A stretch of 64,000 bases of DNA, from contig CALJGL010000011.1 in the NCBI GenBank assembly GCA_938075155.1, forward strand, positions 78,992 through 142,991, given 5' to 3'. Made by a program: the position numbers and the translations under genes. The DNA is from an uncultured bacterium (lineage in GTDB: Bacteria; Planctomycetota; UBA8108; UBA1146). Under the pieces are notes generated by a model. The model searched no databases. It was not told where the DNA came from and saw nothing but the letters and a program-made list of their open reading frames with translations. This document shows, one piece after another, positions 29,534-39,607 of this stretch (the first letter of the stretch is position 1; every line of letters begins with the position of its first letter).

Positions 29534-32028
29534 GAAGTCGGTGACGGAGCGTCTGCTTCCTTGGGTGCCTCAGAAGGAATGATTTTGTACCGAAGAGTGT
29601 TTTCGAACACTTCAGCTTCCAGCAATGTTCCTTTTTCGATTTTCCCTCGAAGCAATTCCTCAGCGAGAGGATCTTCGACAAACTTTTGAATCGATCGACG
29701 CAATGGCCGAGCACCAAAGTCTGGGTTGTAACCTTCATCGATGAGGAAATCTTTCGCCGCTTCTGGAAGACTCAACTCAATTCCTTGCTCTTGAAGTCGT
29801 CCAAGGACCTGCTTCATTTCAATGTCTATGATTTCATCGAGATCAGTTCTGCTCAAAGGCTCAAAGAAGACCGTATCGTCAAGACGGTTAAGGAATTCGG
29901 GACGGAAGAACTTTTCAACTTCGCCCATCACTTCTTTGCTCATTTGATCAGAAGTTCGACCCTCTTCCATGTTACGGAATCCAAGAGAGCTTTGATTCTT
30001 GATCAAGTCGGCACCAATATTCGAGGTCATGATCAATACGACATTTCTGAAGTCGATCACTCGCCCGAAGGAATCCGTAATGTGACCTTCCTCCATCACC
30101 TGCAACAACATATTGAAGACGTCAGAGTGAGCTTTCTCGACTTCGTCAAGCAAGACGACGGAGTAGGGACGACGACGAATCTTTTCCGTCAACTGTCCAC
30201 CCTCTTCGTATCCCACATAACCTGGAGGAGCTCCAACAAGCCGGGAAACATTATGCTTCTCCATGAACTCGGACATATCCACCTGGATCAGTGCGTCTTC
30301 CTCACCGAAGAGAAACTTTGCAAGGCTCTTGGCGAGCAGGGTTTTACCCACTCCAGTCGGTCCAAGGAAAAGGAAAGAACCTACAGGTCTTCTCGGATCC
30401 TTAAGGCCACTGCGACTTCTTCTGACAGCACGACTGATTCGTTCAATTGCCGCGTGTTGAGAGACCACTGAATCATGCAGCTCGTCTTCCATTTTGAGAA
30501 GACGATTCGCTTCTCCGCTATCGATCCGAGTCAGAGGGATTCCAGTCATCTTAGCGACGGTATCGGCAATGATCTCATCGTCGACAATTCCACGAGTGGA
30601 ATCCGCTTTTTCTTTCCAAGCCTCTAGCTCTTCTTCTCTTTGCTTTTTGAGTCGACTGGCTTCATCTCTGAGATTAGCTGCTCTTTCGAAATCCTGCTGT
30701 GCCACGGAAGCTTCCTTCTCACGGTCCAACTCTAGAATTTCCTCGTCGAGGATTTTCAAATCAGGGGGCCTGGTCGACTGCTTGAGGCGGACACGAGATC
30801 CAGCCTCATCGATCACATCGATAGCCTTGTCGGGCAGAAATCTTCCATTGATATAACGGACAGCCATATCGACGGCAGATTCCAGAGCGAGATCTGTGTA
30901 CTCCACGCGGTGATGGGCTTCGTATTTATCACGCAACCCTTTGAGTATCTCAACGGATTGATCACGAGTAGGAGGATTCACGATGATGCTTTGAAACCTT
31001 CGCTCCAGAGCACCGTCTTTCTCGATATGCTTTCGGTATTCGTCCAGAGTGGTGGCTCCGATACATTGGATCTCACCTCTAGAGAGTGCCGGCTTCAAAA
31101 CGTTGGAAGCATCGATGGCACCTTCTGCTCCACCTGCTCCTACGAGGGTGTGCAGTTCGTCGATAAACAGGATCACATTTTTAACCCGGCTGACTTCTGT
31201 CATCACCGCTTTGATCCGCTCCTCGAACTGACCTCGATACTTTGTCCCGGCAACCATCAAGGCCAGATCCAAAACAACGATGCGTTGATTTCTCAGGATC
31301 TCCGGGACTTCTCCCGAGTCAATCTCCTGAGCCAATCCCTCAACAATGGCACTTTTTCCAACTCCGGGTTCCCCCAGGAGCACTGGATTGTTTTTAGTTC
31401 TACGCGCGAGGATTTGCATCACGCGTTCGATTTCGTCTTCTCTGCCAATCACTGGATCAAGAGAAGCAGAACGTGCCATCTCTGTCAGATCACGACCGAA
31501 AGAATCCAGCGCTGGAGTTTTAGAGTTTCTCGATTTTTGGCCGATAGGCTTTGCTTCCGGCTCGACATCTTCCATCTCTGAATCACCCACATCTGCGCCC
31601 AGTATTTCAAGAACCTCAGATCGGACATCTTCTAATCGAAGACCCAAGTCTTTGAGAACTGTGGCTGCAACACCTTGCTCTTCACGGATCAAACCGAGAA
31701 GAAGATGCTCAGTACCGATGTAGTTGTGACGTAGTTCCTTCGCGGCTTCCTGGCAAAGTTCTAGGACTCTTTTTGCGCGAGGCGTAAATGGGAGTTGCCC
31801 CATATGAATCATGGCATGACCCGTTTGTACCTGACGCTCAATCTCAGCACGGATCTTGCCCGAGTCGACATCGAGATTCTTCAATACATTGGCGGCGACA
31901 CCACTGCCCTCTTGAACGAGGCCAAGAAGGATATGCTCCGTGCCAATAAAATCATGATTAAACCTGTGCGCCTCTTTGCGGGCCAAAGCCATCACCTTGC
32001 GAGCACGGTCTGTGAAGCGGTCAAACAT
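29530..32028 (-). CDS. clpC: ATP-dependent Clp protease ATPase subunit ClpC
   Basis: [13 protein letters not shown]-domain; two AAA modules ([16 protein letters not shown]); UVR coiled coil; GYVG; GARPLRR. Start set at ATG 32028. Confidence 0.97.
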   Translation of the reverse strand: MFDRFTDRARKVMALARKEAHRFNHDFIGTEHILLGLVQEGSGVAANVLKNLDVDSGKIRAEIERQVQTGHAMIHMGQLPFTPRAKRVLELCQEAAKELRHNYIGTEHLLLGLIREEQGVAATVLKDLGLRLEDVRSEVLEILGADVGDSEMEDVEPEAKPIGQKSRNSKTPALDSFGRDLTEMARSASLDPVIGREDEIERVMQILARRTKNNPVLLGEPGVGKSAIVEGLAQEIDSGEVPEILRNQRIVVLDLALMVAGTKYRGQFEERIKAVMTEVSRVKNVILFIDELHTLVGAGGAEGAIDASNVLKPALSRGEIQCIGATTLDEYRKHIEKDGALERRFQSIIVNPPTRDQSVEILKGLRDKYEAHHRVEYTDLALESAVDMAVRYINGRFLPDKAIDVIDEAGSRVRLKQSTRPPDLKILDEEILELDREKEASVAQQDFERAANLRDEASRLKKQREEELEAWKEKADSTRGIVDDEIIADTVAKMTGIPLTRIDSGEANRLLKMEDELHDSVVSQHAAIERISRAVRRSRSGLKDPRRPVGSFLFLGPTGVGKTLLAKSLAKFLFGEEDALIQVDMSEFMEKHNVSRLVGAPPGYVGYEEGGQLTEKIRRRPYSVVLLDEVEKAHSDVFNMLLQVMEEGHITDSFGRVIDFRNVVLIMTSNIGADLIKNQSSLGFRNMEEGRTSDQMSKEVMGEVEKFFRPEFLNRLDDTVFFEPLSRTDLDEIIDIEMKQVLGRLQEQGIELSLPEAAKDFLIDEGYNPDFGARPLRRSIQKFVEDPLAEELLRGKIEKGTLLEAEVFENTLRYKIIPSEAPKEADAPSPTS

Positions 32029-32277
32029 GTTTATTTCCTCAAAAGGATCCCTCATGGATCCGTATGGAGCCTTGTAGGCCCCCATTCCCCTGTCAGTATC
32101 CCTACGCTCTGCGATCACATTCCTGACACCTTGGTATCTCACTCAGTACCAGGACTTCGATCCTTACTCATAGAGGACGACTCAGACTTCCAATCGGTTC
32201 CCGTTTTGAAAATTCCGAAGTCCCCTCAACTCATTATCGAGACATGAGACATAATAACCGAAGAATTCACGAAAAGG

Positions 32278-33354
32278 TCAAGAAGACGAGAATCCTTCTC
32301 CAGACGTATCGCCCAGAATACTCCTCAAGAGATCTGCCCTTTTCCGATCACGATCTTCAGTGGTGAGCGGTTCCCCGACAAGGCTCTGTAGATGCCCTGG
32401 CTGACTGTGCAAGAACATACGATTGATCTGATTCATGCTGACATCATCCAGAAATCCCATCGCCACCCCGAGACGTACCAATGACAAATGCTCCAAAGCT
32501 TCTTTGCTCGTAATGACACGAGCATGAGAAAGTATTCCGAAAGCTCGACCAATTCGGTCTTCGATACGCTCTCGGCGGCGTTCCAACAATTCGTCTCTCA
32601 ATTTGCGTTCATACACAATGATGTTTGGCAGGACCGAGGCGATATTTTCGAGTACCTGTTCTTCAGAAAGTCCCAGAGTTCGCTGATTTGAAATCTGGAA
32701 AAAGTCTCCTTGAGCCTCGGTACCCTCTCCGAAGAGTCCTCTCACAGCCAGATGGATTTTTGTCGCAGCGCGAGTCATCTCTTCTATCTGACCCGTGATC
32801 ACCATCGCCGGAAGGTGGAGCATGACGGAAGCTCTCAATCCCGTCCCAACATTTGTGGGACAGGCTGTCAGGTATCCATATTTGCTATGGAAAGCGAACT
32901 GGAGATCTTCTTCGAGGGATCTCTCAAGAGGACACATCTGAGACCAGGCTTCTTCGAGTTGATACCCCGACTTCATGACCTGTAATCGCAAATGGTCTTC
33001 TTCGTTCCCCATCACGGAAAAGGATTCCGCTTCATCGAAAGCGACTAATCGGGAACCGGATCCCGTGGCCAAGTCATGGCTCACAAGATGACGTTCAACG
33101 AGTACCTGACGCTCGACGACGTCTTTCTTCTCTAGTTCCATTACATGCAATGGCAACCCACCATCGAGTCGTTGAAGAGCGGTTTCAATCCGCTCAGAAA
33201 CAGCTTTTGATTGGTCTTCAGTGGAAACAGAAGTAAAGGGAGAGTTCGCCAGATTCCTGGCCAATCGAACCCGACTTGAAATCACAAGATCGGCATCCGG
33301 CCCCGTTCCTTGTAACCATTCCCCGATGTTAGTTTTGAAGTTATCGAGGCTCAT
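32278..33354 (-). CDS. mcsB: Protein arginine kinase McsB
   Basis: ISSRVRLARN, NEEDHLRLQ, GYLTACPTNVGTGLRASVMLHLP, QISNQ.TLG. Confidence 0.95.
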   Translation of the reverse strand: MSLDNFKTNIGEWLQGTGPDADLVISSRVRLARNLANSPFTSVSTEDQSKAVSERIETALQRLDGGLPLHVMELEKKDVVERQVLVERHLVSHDLATGSGSRLVAFDEAESFSVMGNEEDHLRLQVMKSGYQLEEAWSQMCPLERSLEEDLQFAFHSKYGYLTACPTNVGTGLRASVMLHLPAMVITGQIEEMTRAATKIHLAVRGLFGEGTEAQGDFFQISNQRTLGLSEEQVLENIASVLPNIIVYERKLRDELLERRRERIEDRIGRAFGILSHARVITSKEALEHLSLVRLGVAMGFLDDVSMNQINRMFLHSQPGHLQSLVGEPLTTEDRDRKRADLLRSILGDTSGEGFSSS

Positions 33355-33857
33355 GATCCACTCTCCAGAATTCTTAGTTGATCACGTATGGCGGCAGCTT
33401 GTTCAAAGTCTTCATCACTCACAGCATGAGTTAATGACTCGCGAAGTCTTTCGACTTCAAGGCTTTGAACCATCTGTTCATGAAACCTAGCCGGTGATCT
33501 TCCCTTGTGCTGGTCGGCGGCATGGATCTTTTCAAACAAGTCATCGAGAGATCCACTAAAGAGGTCGTAGTCACGGGAGCAGCCAAACTTTCCTTCTTTG
33601 CGAAAGTTGGAATAACTCATTCCGCAGTCGGGGCAATCCCCCAATCCTTCCGGTGAATTTGCCGTCTCAGATTTCTCCTGCGGCGACGCGTAAAACTCCG
33701 GGACAGTAAGATTTTTAAAGTTTTGCAACTGCGCTTGAATCGACACTCCATGGGATTGAGCACAATCCCGACAAAGGTGATATTCACGCTTGGTGTTATT
33801 GACGATATCGGTGAGGTGGACGGAGACCTCATTTTTCTGGCACTTTTCGCAGATCAT
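33351..33857 (-). CDS. mcsA: McsA activator (CxxC motifs plus UVR domain)
   Basis: CEKC, LCRDCA, CPDCG, GC; C-terminal EDFEQAAAIRD; overlaps mcsB. Confidence 0.92.
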   Translation of the reverse strand: MICEKCQKNEVSVHLTDIVNNTKREYHLCRDCAQSHGVSIQAQLQNFKNLTVPEFYASPQEKSETANSPEGLGDCPDCGMSYSNFRKEGKFGCSRDYDLFSGSLDDLFEKIHAADQHKGRSPARFHEQMVQSLEVERLRESLTHAVSDEDFEQAAAIRDQLRILESGS

Positions 33858-33922
33858 GATGTAGTTGGACTCCTTTGGAGAGAGGATTCTCGAGTTTCCT
33901 CTCCTGCTCTCAATATCGACAC

Positions 33923-34693
33923 TTAGGGCGAAAGTCTCCAGACATCTTTGGGTAGTTTCTCCAGTTCATGACGGATAATCGGTAATTTCTGAGCTAAATG
34001 TGGATCCGATCCGATCTGTTGGAGCAATTCTTGAAGATCTCTCAAATCGTCAATATCGTTGACCGGCTCCAGCAACCGTGGACTTTTCCCGAGCGATTCG
34101 AGTTTTATCTTCAAATCTTTGAAGGAAATCGAGTCCGCCGAGCGAAAGGCTCCTAAAACGAGATGAGCCAGATTTGAATCTCCCCCGGGCAACCCCAATA
34201 GACAGAATCCACCATCTGAAGAAGCCTGAAGAACCGTCTCTCCGCTGTTCACATGATCAAAAGCCGCCTGAATGTCACATTCTTTCTGTGCTGGAGCATC
34301 GGAGCCGACCAACACCACTCCATTCTTTGCAGAGCACAACGCATCGGTCATAGAGATGCATAATCGTTGCCCTAGTGATCCAGAGCCCTGATCTCTGTAA
34401 TACCAACGCTGCCCATCGGATCGGCTATCCCGCCCCTCAATTCGCGCCTTCACCGACAAAGAGTGGGTTTCCGTCGTCGATAAATATGGAAAAAAAAGAG
34501 AAGCGTCCTCACGGTCCCCGCAAAATATCCGTAAAGCCTTTATTGATGACAAGTTAGAAACCCTATCGACGAGCATCGCAGCCGCGAAACGACTGGCAAT
34601 CTCAGATCCGAGATCTAATGCAAGGCGGGTTTTGACTCTTCCTGGAACGGGCAACTTGCCAAAGAGAAGCAATCTCCGGCTGAATTCCTCCAA
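33923..34693 (-). CDS. DUF2064 / GT-A-fold glycosyltransferase-like protein
   Basis: K.PVPGRVKTRL, QG.G.LG.RL, LVGSDAP, DGGF.LLG, DIDD..DL. Confidence 0.8.
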   Translation of the reverse strand: MEEFSRRLLLFGKLPVPGRVKTRLALDLGSEIASRFAAAMLVDRVSNLSSIKALRIFCGDREDASLFFPYLSTTETHSLSVKARIEGRDSRSDGQRWYYRDQGSGSLGQRLCISMTDALCSAKNGVVLVGSDAPAQKECDIQAAFDHVNSGETVLQASSDGGFCLLGLPGGDSNLAHLVLGAFRSADSISFKDLKIKLESLGKSPRLLEPVNDIDDLRDLQELLQQIGSDPHLAQKLPIIRHELEKLPKDVWRLSP

Positions 34694-34743
34694 ATTGTCA
34701 TTTCCCGTAGGAATTTCCCTGATTGAACGGGTTTCCGGTTCTG

Positions 34744-34772
34744 TTGACAGCCCTCTGCTCCTGTCCTACGAT
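34744..34772 (+). promoter_or_regulatory. Sigma70-type promoter of the nusA operon leader
   Basis: TTGACA (34744-49), 17-nt spacer, TACGAT (34767-72); predicted start near 34779. Confidence 0.75.
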
Positions 34773-34780
34773 TTCCAGAT

Positions 34781-35114
34781 CCCTCAGGAGATTTTCTCTC
34801 GAGGGTGGGACCCTTGTGCAATGTGAGTTGTGAGTTGCGAGGACTGAGCCAGTCTCAGACGCTCGTCAGTCATTGAACAGGGTGACGTCTCCGGAACGAA
34901 GAATCCATAGTGGTTTCTTTATGTTCTTGGCCGGGTTTACCCGGGTCAGACGGCCTAATCCTGGCCGGACGGGGATCGCCGTGGAATCGCATTCCACCAG
35001 ACCTCCATCGCTGATGGGTCTGCCCGCGATCCTCCTCCCCGACAGGTTGGTGGTTCGGAGCTGTGCGTTACAGCAGTGAGAAATGGTCTAGACTGGCTAT
35101 GACTCACTAGGGTC
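34781..35114 (+). ncRNA. Candidate large structured RNA or leader (family not recognised)
   Basis: Nested long-range helices and at least seven local hairpins found by eye; G-U pairs favour the + strand. Details in findings. Confidence 0.6.
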
Positions 35115-35194
35115 GAAATTTTGAACAAGAAACCGGGATTTTCCCGGGCCCGTTCCCTGCAAAAGCAGAGAATGTGTGAGATTGGGAGACGAAT

Positions 35195-36529
35195 TTGAGC
35201 GAAGAGATCCTGCGCTTTGTTGACACGATTCACCGTGATCGACAGGTGGACAAGGAAGTCATCTTTACAGGTATCGAGATGGCTCTCGTCTCCGCTGCCC
35301 AAAAAAGATATGACCAGGAAGAAGGCATCGAGGTTCTCATCGATCGCCTCTCCGGTGCCATCAGTGCCGTTCGTGATGGCGAAAGCTTCGATCCTAGAGA
35401 AGCTCTCGGCAGAATCGCTGCGGGCACCGGCAAGCAAGTTCTCTTCCAAAAGATTCGAGAAGCTGAACGAGAAGTGATTTACAAAGAGTACATCGATCGC
35501 GTCGGAGAAGTCTTCAATGGCACCGTCGCAAGTCGAAAAGGTGGCGGACTCGTCATCACTCTTGGAAATCGTGCAGAAGGCTTCATGCCTCGCGGCGAAC
35601 AATCCAATCTTGAAAACTGGAATGAAGGCGATCGTATCAAGGTCGTCCTCAAAGAAGTCAATTTGCAATCCACAAGGGTTCAACTGCTGGTTTCCCGTGG
35701 AGACGAAATTCTTGTCAGGAGACTGTTCGAGCAGGAGATTCCTGAAGTTTCTGACTTCGTCGTCGACATCAAAGCGATCGCCAGAGAAGCCGGTAACCGT
35801 ACAAAAATAGCGGTAGCCACCCTCGATACAAATGTGGACTGCGTCGGAGCCTGTATCGGAGTCAAAGGATCCCGAATACGAAATGTGACCGACGAACTGA
35901 GTGGTGAAAAAATCGACGTTGTCCGTTGGAATGATTCCGTAGAGGTTCTCATTCCTGAAGCACTCAAGCCTGCTGAAATCGCCTCTCTCGAATTAGATTA
36001 CGAAGCGATGACAGCCAATGTATACGTCACTGAAGATCAACAGTCACTCGCGATCGGTCGCCGCGGACAAAACGTCCGTCTCGCTTCCAAGCTGACAGGT
36101 TGGGAACTGAACATATGTCCCATCACCACTGAAGATCTTGAGCGATTGCGTGAGAAAGGCTTGGAGCAACGAGCCGACGACATGTTCGGAGATCGCCTCG
36201 CCAAAGTCGCAGGCGATGCGAATGACGCATCAGCAAGTCATAACCCTCTCGATCAGCTCTTCGACTCCCCCGCTTCTGACGGAGAAACAAAAACTGAGGT
36301 GGATGAGTACGAAGACGGCACAGTGGTCATGGGTCTCGAAGATCTGCCAGGTGTCTCCGAAGAAATTGCGGATCGTTTGATAGAAGCCGAGATCGACTCG
36401 ACTGAAGCCCTTTTGGAAGCGGGAGTCGAAGGACTCTCTGCCATCGAAGGACTCGACGAAATCTCAGCACGACTGATCATCGAAAAGATTCAAGAAATCA
36501 TGGACAGTGTCGATTCCGAAGAGGAATAA
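35195..36529 (+). CDS. nusA: Transcription termination factor NusA
   Basis: GRIAA...KQV..QKIREAER, S1 and KH domains (AREAG.RTKIAV, VGACIG.KGSRI, LAIGRRGQNVRLA), C-terminal HhH repeat. TTG start. Confidence 0.97.
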   Translation: MSEEILRFVDTIHRDRQVDKEVIFTGIEMALVSAAQKRYDQEEGIEVLIDRLSGAISAVRDGESFDPREALGRIAAGTGKQVLFQKIREAEREVIYKEYIDRVGEVFNGTVASRKGGGLVITLGNRAEGFMPRGEQSNLENWNEGDRIKVVLKEVNLQSTRVQLLVSRGDEILVRRLFEQEIPEVSDFVVDIKAIAREAGNRTKIAVATLDTNVDCVGACIGVKGSRIRNVTDELSGEKIDVVRWNDSVEVLIPEALKPAEIASLELDYEAMTANVYVTEDQQSLAIGRRGQNVRLASKLTGWELNICPITTEDLERLREKGLEQRADDMFGDRLAKVAGDANDASASHNPLDQLFDSPASDGETKTEVDEYEDGTVVMGLEDLPGVSEEIADRLIEAEIDSTEALLEAGVEGLSAIEGLDEISARLIIEKIQEIMDSVDSEEE

Positions 36530-36595
36530 CGACGCGAAAATTCATTAGGTTTGGATCAGGTCTGACCTGATCGTAAGAATTTGGAGGCGACCGAC

Positions 36596-39500
36596 TTGGG
36601 CGTGAGAATACACGCACTGGCCAAGGAACTTGGCATCTCAAGTAAGGACATCATGGAATTCCTCGATGGCCGGGGAATCCGGGTGAAGAATCATATGTCC
36701 TCTATCAGTGAGAATGATGCCATGACCGTCAGGATCTTCCTTGAGGAAGACCCTGAGCCGGAGCCGGAAGTCGTCGAGGAAACCCCAGAAGTCACCGTTG
36801 AGGAGACTGCTGAGGTTGAATCCGCCGCCGAAGAACCCGTAACCGAAGCTATTGTTGAGCCTGTTGCCGAACCTGTTGCGGAGCCTGTTGCCGAACCTGT
36901 TGCTGAAGTGGCCGCGGAAGAAACTGCAGTGGAAGCTCCAGAGCCGGAAATCATCGAAGAATCGACTCCAGAAGTCGTCTCTACTCCCGATGCAATTCAG
37001 GCCAGCACAGAAGATTCTTCTATCGAAGCCGTAGAAATTCAGGAGCCCGTCGAGGCTCCCGCAGAGGCCATGGTTGAGGAAACCGCCAAGGAAGACTCCA
37101 TCGAGATTCCATCGGAATCAAATATGGAGTCCATCTCTGCAGAAGCGGCTCCCCAAGAAGAAGTCAAAGAGCCTGAATCCGAAGCTCCCGCAGAGACCTC
37201 TACAACACCCGAAGAGAGTTCAGCGGAACCTGCCCAAGCCGCGATCAAGTCTCCTCCACGCAGGAAGCCCACCAAGATCGTGATGGCACCCGGATACGGA
37301 GGACCAGCCTCCAAACCCGTGGCACCGGTAGCACCTGTGGCTCGCCCCTTGGACCCCAAGTCCAAGCCGCCCAAAAAAGCCAAGGGTCGCCCGCTGATCA
37401 TACGTTCGAAAGTTCCAGTGCGTCCTGCAGGTCGTACAGGAGGACCTCCATCTGGTGGAGGTCATTCACGCCAAGGTGGCGGTGCCCCCGGCGGCAGAGG
37501 CCCCGGTGGACCCGGCAGAGGTCCTGGTGGACCCGGCAGAGGTCCCGGCGGACCCGGCAGAGGTCCTGGCGGAGGTGGCAGAGGTCCCGGTGGAGGAACC
37601 AGTCGTCCCGCAGCCCCTGCTTCAGCTCACGGTGCCAAAAAAGTCATGGTCTTCCCGGGTGCAGAACCTGGAGCTCCCGTCACAGGGAAAAGGACCAGCG
37701 GACCTGGCAGAGCCGGTCCGGGTGGAAAAGGAAAAGGGCGTCAACAGAACAGACCCCGTAATCAAGAATCCGATTTCACTCGTCGTCGCTTGCAGCAGGA
37801 CCTCATACCCGAGGATCTCCCAGACACCATTAATTTGGAAAAGCCAGCCACTATCAAAGATTTGAGTTTGGCTCTCGGAGTAAAGCAGACGGCCCTCCTC
37901 AAAAAGTTGATGAATCAAGGAATGCTTGCGAACGTGAACTCGCCTCTTTCTGAAGAGATCGTAGACACGCTATCGGTCGAGATTAACTGTGAAATCATCC
38001 TCGAAGAGCCCAAGGCCTTTGAGACGAGTCTGGACGACATCGAAAACTTCGAGGACTCTGAAGGCGATCTTATCCTTCGGGCCCCTGTGGTGACGATGAT
38101 GGGCCACGTCGACCATGGTAAGACGACGCTTCTCGACAAGATTCGTGAAAGTTCCATCACCAAATCGGAATCGGGTGGAATCACTCAGCACCTCAGTGCA
38201 TATCGTGTTGACAAAGGAGATGCTCACGTCGTCTTCGTCGACACCCCTGGTCACCGTGCGTTCACAAACATGCGTGCCAGAGGTGCGAATGTGACGGACG
38301 TCGTGGTTCTCGTCGTCGCAGCGGACGATGGTCCGATGCCACAGACTGAAGAAGCGATCGAACATGCTAAAGCAGCCGGTGTCCCCGTTGTCGTGGCGAT
38401 CAACAAAATCGATCGCCCGGGTGCCAATATCGATATGGTCAAATCGAAGCTTGCAGAACTGGAACTCTCGCCTAGCGATTGGGGTGGCGAAACGGAAATG
38501 ATTCCTGTTTCGGCTATCACCGGTGAAGGTGTCGACAAACTGTTGGAACACCTCTCTCTAGAATCAGAACTTCTTGAACTCAAAGCGAACCCCGAGAAAC
38601 GGGCGATCGGTACTGTGCTGGATTCCAGAGCCTCAACAGGTCAGGGAAATGTCATCACAGCCCTCGTTCAAGACGGAACTCTCCGTCGTGGAGATTCTGT
38701 TGTTTGTGGCCCTGCTCACGGAAAGATCCGTACTCTGAGATCGACCAGTGGAGTCGACCTTGAGACGGCTCCACCTGCGACTCCTGTCGAGATCACAGGC
38801 TTAAACGACTTGCCTGAGGCAGGTGACAAGCTCTATGCACTCGACTCCGCTTCGAAGGCGAAGCAAATTGCAGAAGAACGTCAAGAAGCCAAGGCTAAGG
38901 CGGATCGCGCCGAACGTCAGACGGTCACCTTGGAGGGCCTCTTCGACACGATCGACAAAGCGAAAACAAAGGAGATCAATCTGGTCGTCAAGACCGACGT
39001 CAAGGGAACCCTCGACGTGCTGAAAAGCGAACTCTCCAGTATGCGAACTGACGAAGTCGCTCTAAGAGTCATTCGCGGAGGAGTCGGTGAAATATCCGAA
39101 TCAGACGTGCTCTTGGCAGACGCTTCAAATGCAATCGTCGTGGGATTCCATGTTTCCGCTTCTGATAAAGCTCGTACTGAAGCCGAATCGCAAGGTGTGG
39201 AGATCAGAACCTACACCGTGATCTACGAAATCCTCGAAGATATGCGTCAGGCTCTCGAAGGCATGCTCAGCCCAGAGGTCTCTGAGGAACTACAGGGTAA
39301 TGTAGAAATCTTGAACCTCTTTAAATCATCGAAGCTGGGTAATATCGCAGGTTGCATGGTTCGCAAAGGAATCATCACCCGTGACGATAAAGTGCGCTTG
39401 ATCAGAGATGGAGTCCTCGTTCACGAGGGCAAACTCGCTTCTCTCAAGCGTGTCAAAGACGATGCCAAAGAGGTTCGCGAAGGATTCGAATGTGGACTCG

Positions 39501-39604
39501 TCATCAAAGGTTACAACGACATCAAGGTGGGTGACTTCTTGGAGAGTTACAAGGTCATCAAAACGACCCGAAAACTCGGAGAGACCAACAAAAGTTCGGG
39601 GTGA
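36596..39604 (+). CDS. infB: Translation initiation factor IF-2
   Basis: RIHALAKELG N-domain; GHVDHGKTT, GGITQH, DTPGH, NKID; GFECG. Start is TTG 36596 after GGAGG. Confidence 0.98.
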   Translation: MGVRIHALAKELGISSKDIMEFLDGRGIRVKNHMSSISENDAMTVRIFLEEDPEPEPEVVEETPEVTVEETAEVESAAEEPVTEAIVEPVAEPVAEPVAEPVAEVAAEETAVEAPEPEIIEESTPEVVSTPDAIQASTEDSSIEAVEIQEPVEAPAEAMVEETAKEDSIEIPSESNMESISAEAAPQEEVKEPESEAPAETSTTPEESSAEPAQAAIKSPPRRKPTKIVMAPGYGGPASKPVAPVAPVARPLDPKSKPPKKAKGRPLIIRSKVPVRPAGRTGGPPSGGGHSRQGGGAPGGRGPGGPGRGPGGPGRGPGGPGRGPGGGGRGPGGGTSRPAAPASAHGAKKVMVFPGAEPGAPVTGKRTSGPGRAGPGGKGKGRQQNRPRNQESDFTRRRLQQDLIPEDLPDTINLEKPATIKDLSLALGVKQTALLKKLMNQGMLANVNSPLSEEIVDTLSVEINCEIILEEPKAFETSLDDIENFEDSEGDLILRAPVVTMMGHVDHGKTTLLDKIRESSITKSESGGITQHLSAYRVDKGDAHVVFVDTPGHRAFTNMRARGANVTDVVVLVVAADDGPMPQTEEAIEHAKAAGVPVVVAINKIDRPGANIDMVKSKLAELELSPSDWGGETEMIPVSAITGEGVDKLLEHLSLESELLELKANPEKRAIGTVLDSRASTGQGNVITALVQDGTLRRGDSVVCGPAHGKIRTLRSTSGVDLETAPPATPVEITGLNDLPEAGDKLYALDSASKAKQIAEERQEAKAKADRAERQTVTLEGLFDTIDKAKTKEINLVVKTDVKGTLDVLKSELSSMRTDEVALRVIRGGVGEISESDVLLADASNAIVVGFHVSASDKARTEAESQGVEIRTYTVIYEILEDMRQALEGMLSPEVSEELQGNVEILNLFKSSKLGNIAGCMVRKGIITRDDKVRLIRDGVLVHEGKLASLKRVKDDAKEVREGFECGLVIKGYNDIKVGDFLESYKVIKTTRKLGETNKSSG
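36857..36904 (+). repeat. 4 x 12-nt coding tandem repeat (EPVA) in infB
   Basis: gagcctgttgcc-gaacctgttgcg-gagcctgttgcc-gaacctgttgct. Confidence 0.85.
37493..37597 (+). repeat. 5 x 21-nt coding tandem repeat (GRGPGGP/G) in infB
   Basis: Units of the form ggcagaggYccYggYgga(ccc/ggW). Confidence 0.9.
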
Positions 39605-39607
39605 TCG

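Noticed and set aside
29686-31581. Long + strand ORFs (261 and 223 aa) opposite clpC
   Set aside because: Antisense shadows of a conserved, codon-biased gene; no recognisable motifs.
34801-34816. GGGTGGGACC resembling a T-box core
   Set aside because: Only about 25 nt from the predicted start, so no room for stem I; no RCG continuation or terminator.
34881-34906. TCCGGAACGAAG resembling SRP helix 8
   Set aside because: The CAGG/AGCA internal-loop nucleotides are missing and the segment pairs long-range instead.
34873-35079. 68-aa ORF in the nusA leader as a possible rimP or leader peptide
   Set aside because: No RimP motifs (EVSSPG), TTG start without an RBS, and it overlaps the structured region.
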